The position numbers and the translations under genes are program-made. Below the pieces are notes generated by a model. The model saw nothing but the letters and a program-made list of their open reading frames with translations. It ran no database searches and was not told the origin of the DNA. Positions 18,862 to 28,945 of a stretch of 64,000 bases of DNA are shown piece by piece. This stretch comes from Methylobacteriaceae bacterium (lineage in GTDB: Bacteria; Pseudomonadota; Alphaproteobacteria; Rhizobiales; Beijerinckiaceae). Positions within the stretch are counted from its first letter, which is position 1. Each line of letters starts with the position of its first letter. The stretch lies in assembly GCA_020638135.1 (NCBI GenBank), contig JACKJE010000016.1:925-64924 (forward strand). Reading direction: 5' to 3'.

Positions 18862-19761
18862 ATGCATGACGGCGCTTCACGCGCGCGGCTCTGGCTCGGC
18901 GGCGCACGGCCGCAGACGCTGGTTCTGTCGCTGACGCCGATCATGGTCGGCGCCGCCTATGCGTTCGCGGTCTTGCATCGCCTCGCGCTCGCGCCTGTGC
19001 TCGCGGCGACGCTGTCGGCGATCGCGATCCAGATCGCGACCAATCTCGCCAATGATTCCGCCGACGGCGGGCGCGGCGGCGACGGCGCCGAACGGCTTGG
19101 CCCGGCGCGCCTCGTCGGCGCAGGGCTGATGTCGGCCGAAAGCGTGCGGCGCGGCGCTCTGATCGCGAGCCTCATTGCCGCCCTCGCGGGCGCAATCGTC
19201 GTCGCTTACGGCGGCCTGCCCATTCTTGCCGTCGGCGTCGCCTCGCTCGTCTGCGCATGGGCCTATTCCTACGGCCCCGCGCCGATCTCGGCTTCGCCGC
19301 TCGGCGAGATCTTCGTCATTCTGTTCTTCGGGATCGCGGCGACGGTGGGAACCGTCTGGATCGCGGCCGGCGCGCTCGATGCGACAGCGATCCTGCTCGG
19401 CGCGGCATTGGGTCTGCCCGCCGCCGCCGTGCTGACGGTCAACAATCATCGCGACCGCGCGCAGGATGCGGCGAACGGCCGGCGCACGCTCGCCATCCTC
19501 CTCGGCGCGCGCGCGACCGTGTGGCTCTACGGGTTCGAACTTGCCGGCGCCGCGCTGCTTTCGGCCTATGCGCTGCTGCCGCTGTCGCGGGCTGCGATCC
19601 TGATCGCGCTCATCGGCGCCGGCGCGGCGCTCGTGCGCGCGGCCGCGCTCGCGCATGTCCCGGTTTCGCGCGCGCTCAATGCGCAGCTCGTCGCAACCGT
19701 GCGTTTCCAGATCGCGCTGGCGGCCGGCGTCATCGCGCTGCTGCTCGGTCTGCCGCGCTGA
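18862..19761 (+). CDS. UbiA-family prenyltransferase, MenA-like (1,4-dihydroxy-2-naphthoate polyprenyltransferase-like)
   Basis: About 9 predicted TM helices. Asp-rich motifs NLANDSADGGRG and NNHRDRAQDAANGRRTL. Confidence 0.7.
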   Translation: MHDGASRARLWLGGARPQTLVLSLTPIMVGAAYAFAVLHRLALAPVLAATLSAIAIQIATNLANDSADGGRGGDGAERLGPARLVGAGLMSAESVRRGALIASLIAALAGAIVVAYGGLPILAVGVASLVCAWAYSYGPAPISASPLGEIFVILFFGIAATVGTVWIAAGALDATAILLGAALGLPAAAVLTVNNHRDRAQDAANGRRTLAILLGARATVWLYGFELAGAALLSAYALLPLSRAAILIALIGAGAALVRAAALAHVPVSRALNAQLVATVRFQIALAAGVIALLLGLPR

Positions 19762-19771
19762 GACAAAAGAA

Positions 19772-19806
19772 AAGCCCCGCCGCAATGCGCGACGGGGCTC
19801 TTTTCA
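19772..19806. terminator. bidirectional Rho-independent terminator between the convergent MenA-like gene and acnB
   Basis: AAAAGCCCCGCCGCAATGCGCGACGGGGCTCTTTTC: a GC stem flanked by an A-run on one side and a T-run on the other. Confidence 0.8.
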
Positions 19807-19823
19807 CAACAGCGAACGTCCGA

Positions 19824-22415
19824 TCAGGCGCCGACCGTCTCCGCCACTTCCACGAATTCCGGAATCTGGTCGAAATTCATGTAGCGATAGACTTCCGCGC
19901 CCTTGCCCGCGAGGCCGCCGACCGCCGCCATATATTCCTCCATCGTCGGGATCCTGCCGAGCAGAGCGCCGACGGCGGCGAGTTCGGCCGACGAGAGATA
20001 GACGCGCGTGTCGATGCCGAGGCGGTTCGGGAAGTTGCGCGTCGAGGTCGAGAGCGCGGTCGAACCCTTGCGGATCTGCGCCTGGTTGCCCATGCACAGC
20101 GAACAGCCCGGCATTTCCATGCGCGCGCCGGACTTGCCGAGGGTCGCGTAATAGCCCTCTTCGGTCAGGATATGCGCGTCCATCTTGGTCGGCGGCGCGA
20201 TCCACAGGCGCGTCGGAATGTCCGACTTGCCGGCCAGAATCTTACCCGCCGCGCGGAAATGGCCGATGTTGGTCATGCACGAGCCGATGAAGACCTCGTC
20301 GACCTTGTCGCCGGCGACGTCGGACAGCGTCTTGATGTCATCGGGATCGTTCGGGCAGGCGAGCAGCGGCTCCTTGATCGCGTTGAGATCGATCTCGAAC
20401 ACCGCCGCATATTCGGCGTCCGCGTCGGGCTGCATAAGATGCGGATCGGCGATCCACGCTTCCATTTTCGCGATGCGGCGCTCGAGCGAACGCTTGTCCT
20501 GGTAGCCCTGCGCGATCATCCACTTCATGAGCACGATGTTCGAGCGCATGTATTCGATGATCGGCTCCTTGTTGAGCCGCACGGTGCAGGCCGCAGCCGA
20601 GCGCTCAGCGGAAGCGTCGGACAGTTCGAACGCCTGCTCCACCTTGAGATTCGGCAGACCCTCGATTTCCAGGATGCGGCCGTTGAAGACGTTCTTCTTG
20701 CCCTTCTTCTCGACCGTGAGATCGCCGGTCTTGAGCGCCGCATGGGGGATGGCATTGACGAGATCGCGCAGGGTCACGCCCGGCTGCATCTCGCCCTTGA
20801 AACGCACGAGAACCGATTCCGGCATGTCGAGCGGCATCACGCCGGTCGCCGCAGCGAAGGCGACGAGCCCCGAGCCCGCCGGGAAGGAAATGCCGATCGG
20901 GAAGCGCGTATGGCTGTCGCCGCCCGTGCCGACCGTATCGGGCATGAGCAGGCGGTTCAGCCAGGAATGGATCACGCCGTCGCCCGGCCGCAACGAAATG
21001 CCGCCGCGGTTGGAGATGAAGGTCGGCAGGTCGCGATGCGTCTGCACGTCCACGAGCTTCGGATAGGCCGCGGTGTGGCAGAAGGACTGCATCACCAGAT
21101 CGGCGGAGAAGCCGAGGCAGGCGAGGTCCTTCAGCTCGTCGCGCGTCATCGGCCCGGTCGTGTCCTGCGAGCCGACCGTCGTCATCTTCGGCTCGCAATA
21201 CGTGCCCGGACGAATGCCTTTGCCCTCGGGCAGACCGCAGGCGCGCCCGACCATCTTCTGCGCGAGCGTGAAGCCCTTGCCCGTGTCCTTGGGCTGCGCG
21301 GGCATGCGGAACAGCGTCGAGGCCGGCAGGCCCAGCGCCTCACGGGCGCGCGTCGTCAGGCCGCGGCCGATGATCAGCGGAATGCGGCCGCCGGCGCGCA
21401 CTTCGTCGAAGATCACGTCCGACTTGACCTTGAACTCTGCGATCACCGCGCCGTTCTTCAGCGCCTTGCCGTCATAGGGCCGCAGTTCGATGACGTCGCC
21501 CATCTCCATCTGCGAAACGTCGAGCTCGATCGGCAGCGCGCCGGCGTCTTCCATCGTGTTGTAAAAGATCGGTGCGATCTTGGAGCCGAGGCACACGCCG
21601 CCGAACTTCTTGTTCGGCACGTAGGGAATGTCCTCGCCGGTGAACCACAGCACCGAATTGGTCGCCGACTTGCGCGAAGACCCAGTGCCGACGACGTCGC
21701 CGACGTAAGCCACCGGATTGCCCTTGGCGATCAGCTTCTCGAGCTGTTTCACCGCGCCGCGCACGCCCGGCTCGTCCGGCTCGATGCCGGGGCGCGGGTT
21801 CTTCAGCATGGCGAGCGCATGCAAGGGAATGTCGGGGCGCGTCGAGGCGTCGGGCGCGGGCGACAGATCGTCGGTGTTGGTCTCGCCGGAGACCTTGAAC
21901 ACGGTGAGCGTCAGGGATTGCGGCACTTCCGGACGCGAGGTGAACCATTCCGCGTCAGCCCAGGACTGCATCACGCCTTTGGCGGTGGCGATGCCCTTGT
22001 CGGCCAGCTCCTTCACGTCGTGGAAATAATCGAACATCAGCAGGGTCTTCTTCAGACCCTCGGCGGCGACCGCGCCGACTTCCGCATCCGCCAGCAGGTC
22101 AATCAGCGGCTTGATGTTGAAGCCGCCGAGCATGGTGGCGAGCAGTTCGGTCGCGAGCTTCCGCGACACCAGCGCGTTCTTCTCCTCGCCCTTGGCGACC
22201 GCGTCGAGGAAGCCGGCCTTCAGTCGCGCGGCGTCGTCCACGCCCGCCGGCACACGATGGGTCAGCAAGTCGACAAGAAACGCCTCCTCGCCGGCCGGCG
22301 GCTGGCGCAGCAGCGCGATCAGTCCCTCGGTCTGCTTGGCGGACAGCGGCAGCGGCGGAATGCCGAGCGCGGCGCGTTCGGCGACATGGGCGCGGTAGGT
22401 TTCGAGCAGCGACAT
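19824..22415 (-). CDS. acnB: aconitate hydratase B (bifunctional aconitase 2 / 2-methylisocitrate dehydratase)
   Basis: [25 protein letters not shown]-terminus. About 863 aa, with Fe-S cluster cysteines in the ...[10 protein letters not shown] and ...[10 protein letters not shown] contexts. Confidence 0.9.
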   Translation of the reverse strand: MSLLETYRAHVAERAALGIPPLPLSAKQTEGLIALLRQPPAGEEAFLVDLLTHRVPAGVDDAARLKAGFLDAVAKGEEKNALVSRKLATELLATMLGGFNIKPLIDLLADAEVGAVAAEGLKKTLLMFDYFHDVKELADKGIATAKGVMQSWADAEWFTSRPEVPQSLTLTVFKVSGETNTDDLSPAPDASTRPDIPLHALAMLKNPRPGIEPDEPGVRGAVKQLEKLIAKGNPVAYVGDVVGTGSSRKSATNSVLWFTGEDIPYVPNKKFGGVCLGSKIAPIFYNTMEDAGALPIELDVSQMEMGDVIELRPYDGKALKNGAVIAEFKVKSDVIFDEVRAGGRIPLIIGRGLTTRAREALGLPASTLFRMPAQPKDTGKGFTLAQKMVGRACGLPEGKGIRPGTYCEPKMTTVGSQDTTGPMTRDELKDLACLGFSADLVMQSFCHTAAYPKLVDVQTHRDLPTFISNRGGISLRPGDGVIHSWLNRLLMPDTVGTGGDSHTRFPIGISFPAGSGLVAFAAATGVMPLDMPESVLVRFKGEMQPGVTLRDLVNAIPHAALKTGDLTVEKKGKKNVFNGRILEIEGLPNLKVEQAFELSDASAERSAAACTVRLNKEPIIEYMRSNIVLMKWMIAQGYQDKRSLERRIAKMEAWIADPHLMQPDADAEYAAVFEIDLNAIKEPLLACPNDPDDIKTLSDVAGDKVDEVFIGSCMTNIGHFRAAGKILAGKSDIPTRLWIAPPTKMDAHILTEEGYYATLGKSGARMEMPGCSLCMGNQAQIRKGSTALSTSTRNFPNRLGIDTRVYLSSAELAAVGALLGRIPTMEEYMAAVGGLAGKGAEVYRYMNFDQIPEFVEVAETVGA

Positions 22416-22671
22416 GTTTCGATCCTTCTGATCCCATAAGGGAATGATGAATTCCGCCGGCCTTGGAAAGCTGGACCTTCGTCGCTGATCCGCCGCCGCG
22501 CCTTGCCGCGTCATACATCAATATTCGCGCTTGCGCTGCACAAAGACCTCTCACATTCGCATCGGCGGATGTGACGAATGCAGCGGGCGCTGCCGACGTC
22601 GCGTCTTATGGTATTGATATTGCGCTGTTTATTCTAGCCTGCCGCTGACGCCGCGTCCTGCGCCGGGCCGC

Positions 22672-23046
22672 TCAAGCGGCGGCTTCGCCGGACGCCATCC
22701 AGCGGCGCGCCGCCTCGGCCTGATCCGCAGGAAAGGCGCGGAATTCGCCCGGCGACATCAGGCCCCACAGCCGCATCGCCCAGTCGATCCAGCCGGGGCC
22801 GCCGACCACAGCCATGCGGCCGATGTCGGCGCGATGCTTCAGCCCGTAGCGGGCGTCGTCCCACACGGCGGCGGGCTCGAGCCGCAGCGGATCGTCGAGC
22901 AGGACGAGCGCGTTGAGCTTGCGATGCTGCGCCAGCACCGCGTCGAGCGCGGGAATCAGCGTGTTCTTGTAATCGGCGTCGGTCAGGACGCCGCTTGCGC
23001 GCACAACAACCGTGTCGCCGGCGCTCTCGGGCAGAATTTCGATCAT
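22672..23046 (-). CDS. SpoIIAA-like (STAS/DUF3478-type) protein
   Basis: MIEILPESAGDTVVVRASGVLTDADYK...L.LL.D pattern. 124 aa. Confidence 0.6.
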   Translation of the reverse strand: MIEILPESAGDTVVVRASGVLTDADYKNTLIPALDAVLAQHRKLNALVLLDDPLRLEPAAVWDDARYGLKHRADIGRMAVVGGPGWIDWAMRLWGLMSPGEFRAFPADQAEAARRWMASGEAAA

Positions 23047-23151
23047 GGCTGCGCTCCAGTCTCCCGCGCTCTTGCGCCCGCGCATTCGCGAGGACAATCG
23101 CATTTCACCATTGGACTGGGGCGCCAGTTTGACGCGGCCCATTCACGCGCG

Positions 23152-24303
23152 TCAGACCAGCCGCGCGCCCTTGCGCAGAACGTCGGGCGCGTCGAACGGC
23201 GAGGCGTCGAAACAGATCAGGTCCCCGCGCTCGCCTGCGGCGATGGCGGTGGACGCGACATTCCACAGCCGTCGCGGCCGCGTGGTCGCGGCTTCGAGCG
23301 CCGCCGCCATCGGCACGCCGGCGTCGACGAAGTGGAAGATTTCGTCGACCAGCGCCGCGCCATGCACGACGCCCGGACTGCCGGCGTCCGAGCCCGCGAC
23401 CAGTTCGACGCCCTTGCGATGCGCGAGCCCGATATGTTCGGCGTGACCGTCGAGGATGCGGCGCAGATTGCCGATCGTGTTGGCGTCCCAACCCGCAAGC
23501 TCCGGCCGCGCCCACTGGAAATGCACCGGCGAGACGGTCGGAACCCAGGCAATGCGTTTGTCCGCCATCACGTCGAGAATGTCAGGCGTCATGAAGAAGC
23601 CGTGCTCGATCGAATCGACGCCGGCCGCGACCGCGACCTTCAGGCCCTCGAGCCCGCTGCAATGCGCGAAAGTCCTTTTGCCATACGCATGCGCCGTCGT
23701 CACGATGGCGCGCAATTCCTCTTCGTTGAATTGCGGCGCGCCCTTCACCTCGCCTGCCGCGAAATCGATGATGCCGGTCAGGATGATCTTGATGTCGTCG
23801 GCTGTCGCCGCCATGTCCGCGACGACAGGCGCGACATCGCCGCCGGCCTCGATGTCGCGCGCCATGAAGCCGCCATAGCGCTTCGGGCGCTTGACGCCGA
23901 GACCTGGCGACCGGACCGCCACCCGGCCGCCGCGCTGTTCCGCACGGATCGCGTCGTTGACGCCGTAGCGGTCGCCGGCGTCGCGCACCAGCGTCACGCC
24001 CGCCGCCGCATTGCGCGCGATATTTTCGCGCGCCACGCGCAGCATCTCGTCCTTTGGCGCGTCGAGATAGGCGTTGCGCTTGTCGAAATCGAGTTCGCCG
24101 CCGTCGAGGAAGAGATGTGCATGCGCTTCGACCAGCCCCGGCATGACGAAAGCCACGCGCTGGTCGAACGGCGCCTCCGTCGCACGGCGATCGATCGCGG
24201 CGATCCGGCCATCCTCGACCGAAATCAGATGCGGCCCATCCTTCGCCGGATGCAGCGCGCATCCGTCGAAATAGCTGTCGGCCAGCAGGCGAAGCGCAGC
24301 CAT
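23152..24303 (-). CDS. amidohydrolase family (metal-dependent hydrolase) protein
   Basis: PGLVEAHAHLFLDG HxH motif, later IEHG and GSDAG motifs. The start lies 2 nt after the upstream gene's stop. Confidence 0.8.
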   Translation of the reverse strand: MAALRLLADSYFDGCALHPAKDGPHLISVEDGRIAAIDRRATEAPFDQRVAFVMPGLVEAHAHLFLDGGELDFDKRNAYLDAPKDEMLRVARENIARNAAAGVTLVRDAGDRYGVNDAIRAEQRGGRVAVRSPGLGVKRPKRYGGFMARDIEAGGDVAPVVADMAATADDIKIILTGIIDFAAGEVKGAPQFNEEELRAIVTTAHAYGKRTFAHCSGLEGLKVAVAAGVDSIEHGFFMTPDILDVMADKRIAWVPTVSPVHFQWARPELAGWDANTIGNLRRILDGHAEHIGLAHRKGVELVAGSDAGSPGVVHGAALVDEIFHFVDAGVPMAAALEAATTRPRRLWNVASTAIAAGERGDLICFDASPFDAPDVLRKGARLV

Positions 24304-24305
24304 CG

Positions 24306-25196
24306 TCAGGCCTTGTAAAACTTGCGTACGGCCCGCAGCGCATTGCTGCCGGTCTGCTCGAGGAAATTGCGATAGGCCTGCAGCACGTAATTGTCATCGG
24401 GCAAGGCGTGATAGCCACGCCACGGCGTGCCGAGCACCGTATCGAAGCCGCGCGGATTGGCGATGGTGAGGAAGGCGCATTCCAGCATGTGCTTGAGTTC
24501 CGAACCATCGGCCGCCTTGGCCGGCATCTGCTGGCCGATGTTCGACAGCCCGCCCATCATGTGCACGCCCTTCAGGTCCGGGTCGGCGCCGATCATGCCG
24601 ATCGCATCGAGCGTCGCGCGGTTGAGGCCGGTCGTGTCGGCGATGATGGCGCTGACCGACATGTCGAGAAAAATATCCGACAGCGGCATGCCGTATTCGT
24701 CGCGCAGCCGCAGCGCGCAACGCCGCGCCGTATCGTAGACTTCCTGCGCGGTCTTGTTGCCCTTCGCCTGCCCGCCCTCGACACGCTCGGAGGCCATGAG
24801 AATGACCTTGAACGGACCATGCGTCCTGTAAAGTTCCATCAGGTCCCAGCGATGCTCGGTGATCGAGTTGACGATCGGATCAGCGCCGCCGGCCTTCGCG
24901 CGATCATAGGCTTCGAGACACACTTTCTGCACCTCGGCGCTCGGGAAATCGAACGACAGCGGGATTGCGACCACCTCCTGGATGGCGCGGATCACCGTCG
25001 CCATGAAGCCAGGGTCTGTCAGCGCGCGCGCGCCAATATTGACGTTGAGATAGCGCGCGCCGGCCTCGGCCTGCTTGACCGCGAGCGCCTGGATGCCGGC
25101 GATGTCCTCGTTGTCGAACAGGGCCTTCGTGCTCTTGAAACCCGGATTGATCCGTTCGCCGATGATCTGGAGCGAAAATCCCTGCGATGCGGTCAC
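24306..25196 (-). CDS. pterin-binding methyltransferase (methyl-corrinoid:tetrahydrofolate methyltransferase, MT-II type)
   Basis: 296 aa from GTG 25196. LQIIGERINPGFKS...YLNVNIG...SFDFPS...NSIT...GGLSNIG is a dihydropteroate-synthase-like TIM barrel, as in AcsE, the MetH pterin domain and CmuB. GTGA overlap with the upstream stop. Confidence 0.8.
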   Translation of the reverse strand: MTASQGFSLQIIGERINPGFKSTKALFDNEDIAGIQALAVKQAEAGARYLNVNIGARALTDPGFMATVIRAIQEVVAIPLSFDFPSAEVQKVCLEAYDRAKAGGADPIVNSITEHRWDLMELYRTHGPFKVILMASERVEGGQAKGNKTAQEVYDTARRCALRLRDEYGMPLSDIFLDMSVSAIIADTTGLNRATLDAIGMIGADPDLKGVHMMGGLSNIGQQMPAKAADGSELKHMLECAFLTIANPRGFDTVLGTPWRGYHALPDDNYVLQAYRNFLEQTGSNALRAVRKFYKA

Positions 25197-26998
25197 GATG
25201 CGCGTTCCTCTCTGTGGCCGGAAAAGCCGATGTTCTTCATGAAGCGTTTCTGGAACTGCGGATTGGTCGACAATTCCACATAGGCGCAACGCGCCGCGAT
25301 CTCGCGCGCAAGCTTGCGTTCGGCGGTGGACGCGAGCATGCGCGCCACGCCGACGCCGGCCGCATTGCCGACCTGCGCGAATTTTTCGCGAGCAAGACGC
25401 GGCAGCAGCCCGATCTCCATCGCGCTGTCGAGATCGATATAGGCGCCGAAGGCGCCGGCGAGGATGAAGCGATCGATGCGCTGCTCGCTGAGCCCCATGC
25501 GCTCCAGCAGCAGGTCGACGCCGGTGCGCACGGCGGATTTCGCGAGCTGCACGGCGCGCACGTCGTTCTGCACGACCTGTACGCCATCGGCGAGCCGGAT
25601 CACGCGCCGGCTGCCATCGACGATGACGTCCGCGTAGCCCTCGCCGATCCGCCCGCCCTTGTCGACCAGCCCGAGCCGCAGGCCGGCGGCGATGGCGTCG
25701 AGAACGCCGGAGCCGCATACGCCGACCGGCGCGGCATTGGCGATCGTGGCGATGCGCAGGCGCCCGTCCTCGATTCTCACGCGTTCGATCGCGCCGTCGG
25801 CTGCGCGCATGCCGCAGGATATGTGCCCGCCTTCGAGCGCCGGCCCAGAGGGACAGGAGGCGGAGACGATCTGCCCATCGTGCATCAAAGAAATTTCGGT
25901 GTTGGTGCCGATGTCCATGACGAGCGATACGCCGCCCTGCTCCCAGCGCGCCCGCGTCGCCAGCAGCGCCGCGACATGATCCGAACCGACGAAGCCGCCG
26001 ACATTGCCGGCGACATGCACGCGCGCGCCCACCGCGAAATCGAGACCGAGATCGCGCGCGAAAAGGTCCATCGCATCATGCGCGGCCGCGACGAAGGGCG
26101 CACGGCCGAGCTGGCGCACCGGCAGGCTGAGCAGCAGGTGCTGCATGGCGGTATTGCCACAGATCGTCACGTCGCGAATGTCGTGCGCGCGCAGGCCAAC
26201 GGCGCGCGCGAGATCATGGCCGAGCGCATTGATCGCCGTACGCGCCGCCGCCTGCAACTCGTCTTGGTGTCGTCGCCCGCCGACCGCATGGTTGATGCGG
26301 CTGACGAGATCGGCGCCCCAGGCGACCTGTGGATTCTCGATGCCGAGGCTCGCCAGCCGCGCGCCCGTTTCGAGGTCGAGCAGGAAGCCGACGACATTGG
26401 TCGTGCCGAGATCGATGGCAAGCCCGACCGCGCGCCGCCCCGGCGCGCCGATGCCGACGATCCGTCCGTCGCGCGAATAGACGCGCGCCGCCCAATCGTT
26501 GTCGCGCAAGACTTGCGGCAGCGCGCGCGCCGCCTCGATGTCGATCGTCTCGATGCGCGCGCCCATCGCGCGCCGCACGCGCGAAAAATCGTCGGCGTGA
26601 TCGACGAGCGTCGCGGGCGGGACCGTCACATCTTCGAACGAGACAGCCGGCGCCGGCGCGATGGCCGCCTCGTCGCGCGCATGCACATCGGCGCGCGTCA
26701 CCTGCGCCAGCGAACGCGGCGCAATCTCGATCGCGCAATCGCCGGTCGGACGCACGCGGCATGCATGCGCCCATTTCCGCCCGCCTTCGATCTCCGCGCC
26801 TTCGTCGTCGGTCAGTTTGCCGTCATGCGCGCGCACCATGCACGAGCCGCAGGCGCCGCGGCCGCCGCAGGCGCCGACGATGCGCACGCCCGAGCGGCGC
26901 GCCGCGTGAAAGATCGTCTCGTCCGCCGCGCAATCGATCTCGCGGTCGAGATGCGCGAAGCGCACGCGATAGGTCGCAACGGGAGAATGCGCGTCCAT
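25193..26998 (-). CDS. RACE-type corrinoid reductive activase (N-terminal 2Fe-2S ferredoxin plus ASKHA/DUF4445 ATPase)
   Basis: GACGGRGACGSCMV ferredoxin cysteines. GLAIDLGTTNVVG and VMDIGTNTE ASKHA phosphate motifs. About 600 aa. Confidence 0.85.
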   Translation of the reverse strand: MDAHSPVATYRVRFAHLDREIDCAADETIFHAARRSGVRIVGACGGRGACGSCMVRAHDGKLTDDEGAEIEGGRKWAHACRVRPTGDCAIEIAPRSLAQVTRADVHARDEAAIAPAPAVSFEDVTVPPATLVDHADDFSRVRRAMGARIETIDIEAARALPQVLRDNDWAARVYSRDGRIVGIGAPGRRAVGLAIDLGTTNVVGFLLDLETGARLASLGIENPQVAWGADLVSRINHAVGGRRHQDELQAAARTAINALGHDLARAVGLRAHDIRDVTICGNTAMQHLLLSLPVRQLGRAPFVAAAHDAMDLFARDLGLDFAVGARVHVAGNVGGFVGSDHVAALLATRARWEQGGVSLVMDIGTNTEISLMHDGQIVSASCPSGPALEGGHISCGMRAADGAIERVRIEDGRLRIATIANAAPVGVCGSGVLDAIAAGLRLGLVDKGGRIGEGYADVIVDGSRRVIRLADGVQVVQNDVRAVQLAKSAVRTGVDLLLERMGLSEQRIDRFILAGAFGAYIDLDSAMEIGLLPRLAREKFAQVGNAAGVGVARMLASTAERKLAREIAARCAYVELSTNPQFQKRFMKNIGFSGHREERAS

Positions 26999-27003
26999 GC
27001 CGA

Positions 27004-27690
27004 TTACGCCGCCGCCGCGCGAAGAGCGACCGCGCAGGTCTTGCGCGACCGGCAATCATCGCAGCGCGACCACAATGCGATGGGCAGATCGCGGCCGACG
27101 CCGAACATGACCGACGCCGATTTCGCTGGCTCCAGCGCGAGCGACGAGGTGACCGCAACGCCAATCCTGTCGGCGCCGGCCAGCCGCAACACGGCCGGCT
27201 GCGCATCGAGCACGAGCCCGGGATCGCCGGGCCGCAATTCGCCGGCCATGGTCAGATCGCGCTTCGTCACATCGGCGAGGATGCGGTCCTGCAGGCGGCG
27301 CGAGGCCTCAATCAGCATCTGGTTGCCGAGCGTGTCGAGCGCCAGCGCCAGCGACATTTTTCGTTCGGCAAACAGCGCCCGCACTTTTTCGACCAGCGCC
27401 GGACCGATCGTGCAGACGCCGAAGGCGAGCGCGGTCAGCTCGCCGGTTTCAGGCAACATGCGCGGCGCATGAAAGGCCTCGCCGCCGGCGCGCAAAATGT
27501 CTGCCGCCGGCGCGTCGAGCGCGACGATGGCATAGGTCATATGCGCGCGCCCTAGCCCTTGCGCACGTGCGATCGCGATCGCCTCGGCGCGGAAGCGACG
27601 CCGCGCGTCCGTCAGCCCCACGGGCTCGACGGCCGCGATCGCCTTCAGCGCATCGAAGGCGCGCGGCGCTGCGGGCGCGTCAGCCGGCAT
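27004..27690 (-). CDS. stand-alone homologue of the methionine synthase (MetH) reactivation/AdoMet-binding domain
   Basis: 228 aa. The C-terminal LRPGDPG...IGVAVTSSLALEPAKSASVMFGVG parallels MetH RPAPGYPA...IG..LTES.AM.P.ASVSG. The start overlaps the upstream gene by 11 nt. Confidence 0.65.
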   Translation of the reverse strand: MPADAPAAPRAFDALKAIAAVEPVGLTDARRRFRAEAIAIARAQGLGRAHMTYAIVALDAPAADILRAGGEAFHAPRMLPETGELTALAFGVCTIGPALVEKVRALFAERKMSLALALDTLGNQMLIEASRRLQDRILADVTKRDLTMAGELRPGDPGLVLDAQPAVLRLAGADRIGVAVTSSLALEPAKSASVMFGVGRDLPIALWSRCDDCRSRKTCAVALRAAAA

Positions 27691-28945
27691 ATTTGCGCGC
27701 CGCGCGGAACATCGCCCGCACGTTCTCGACCGGCGTCTCGTCCGGCAGGCCAAAGGCCGCATCGAGAATGATGCGCCCGCCCTTGTTCCAGACATTGTCG
27801 ACAATGTATTTCACGGCCGCATCGACATCCTCGGGCTTGCCGGTCGTCAGGATCGACGGCGAGACATTGCCGCGCAGCGCGACCGTATCGCCCAGCACCT
27901 CGCGCGCCTTCACGATATCGGCGCGCTCGAACCAGTAGATCGCCTTGCCCTTCGGAATGTCCTGGATGATCTCCAGCCGCTTGGTGCAATCGGATTCCCA
28001 CATCGGCATCGGGATCAGACCCTCGGCGATGAGATCGAGCATCATCTGCCGGAACGACGGCCACCAATAGGTCTTGAACTGGTCCTGCGACATGAAGGCG
28101 TCGGGCGCCCAGTGCAGCGGGATGAAGACGATCGGATTGCCGGCGGCCTTCGCGGCGGGCACGGCCTGTCTCACCAGCAGCCGCCGCATCTTGTCGCAGG
28201 CTTCGAGCAACTTGTCGCCGCGCCTGCGCATGTCGGTGAGAATGCCGCGCGCGCCGCGGAAATAATCGCCGAGCACATCGAACGGCGCGCCCGACGTCGC
28301 GATACTGCCCATGGGATAGCCGAGCTCCGCCATGCGCGCGATGAAGCGGGCGTTGCGGTCGGCGAGCTGCTGGCTCGCCTCGCCCGCTTTCTGCACGCGC
28401 GCCCAGGATTCCTGCAACGCAGGGCTGAGGAAGCCGCGCACATTGGCGAAGAGTCGGAAATAAAATCCGCCCGCAATGTTCGGGAATTCCGAAAAGCCCT
28501 CGAACGCGCCCATCACGCGCGGCAGATAGACGCGCAGATAATAGCCGGTCGGATCGAACAGGAAGTCGTCATACTCTTCCGGCGGCATGTATTCGCGGTC
28601 GAGATATTGATAGGGCTGATTGTCGCCCACGCCATGTCCCGGCCATTGCAGCTGCTTGTAGCCGGTCGCGTCCAGCGTCGGCCCCATGGCCGTCTGCAGC
28701 ACGAGCGGGCTCACCGTATCGGGATCGAGTTCGAGTACGGCGCGCTCGGCGATAGCTGCCGTGCCCTCGAAATCGTACATCAACTGCTTGTAGGAAACGC
28801 CGCCGTATTTCGCGAGCCAGAACGTTCCAAACAGCGTCGCCGGCATGCGGTCGGGCTGGCGCAGTTCGACGCAATCCATGATCCTTTGCCAACGCGCGTC
28901 ATAGGCGGCCTTGGCGTCCGCGGGGGCTTCGACGGCGGCGCTCAT
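27680..28945 (-). CDS. uroporphyrinogen-decarboxylase (URO-D) family methyltransferase, substrate:corrinoid MT-I type
   Basis: 421 aa. C-terminal LRGNVSPSILTTGKPEDVDAAVKYIVDN...GGRIILDAAFGLPDETPVENVRAMFRAARKY is a URO-D/MtaA-family signature. No H-x-C...C zinc motif is visible. ATGA overlap with the corrinoid protein stop. Confidence 0.75.
   Translation of the reverse strand: MSAAVEAPADAKAAYDARWQRIMDCVELRQPDRMPATLFGTFWLAKYGGVSYKQLMYDFEGTAAIAERAVLELDPDTVSPLVLQTAMGPTLDATGYKQLQWPGHGVGDNQPYQYLDREYMPPEEYDDFLFDPTGYYLRVYLPRVMGAFEGFSEFPNIAGGFYFRLFANVRGFLSPALQESWARVQKAGEASQQLADRNARFIARMAELGYPMGSIATSGAPFDVLGDYFRGARGILTDMRRRGDKLLEACDKMRRLLVRQAVPAAKAAGNPIVFIPLHWAPDAFMSQDQFKTYWWPSFRQMMLDLIAEGLIPMPMWESDCTKRLEIIQDIPKGKAIYWFERADIVKAREVLGDTVALRGNVSPSILTTGKPEDVDAAVKYIVDNVWNKGGRIILDAAFGLPDETPVENVRAMFRAARKYAG

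Noticed and set aside
18862-19761. The MenA-like gene as evidence for menaquinone biosynthesis
   Set aside because: No other men genes are in the window. UbiA-family members are hard to assign by eye, so it is kept as a family-level call only.
19257-22439. 1060-aa ORF on the plus strand
   Set aside because: It lies exactly antisense to acnB. Its composition is Arg/Ala/Gly-rich with no recognisable motifs, which is the typical shadow ORF of GC-rich coding DNA. The same reasoning applies to 40024-42150, 16683-18431, 42369-44102, 58311-61118, 25187-27472, 29281-31104, 36938-39193, 11274-13112, 6996-8294, 8182-9336, 49356-50489 and 54457-55845.
22463-22648. 61-aa ORF in the acnB upstream region, and the 60-aa ORF at 35524-35706
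   Set aside because: They are short, have no Shine-Dalgarno sequence or motif support, and lie in promoter or leader regions of neighbouring genes.
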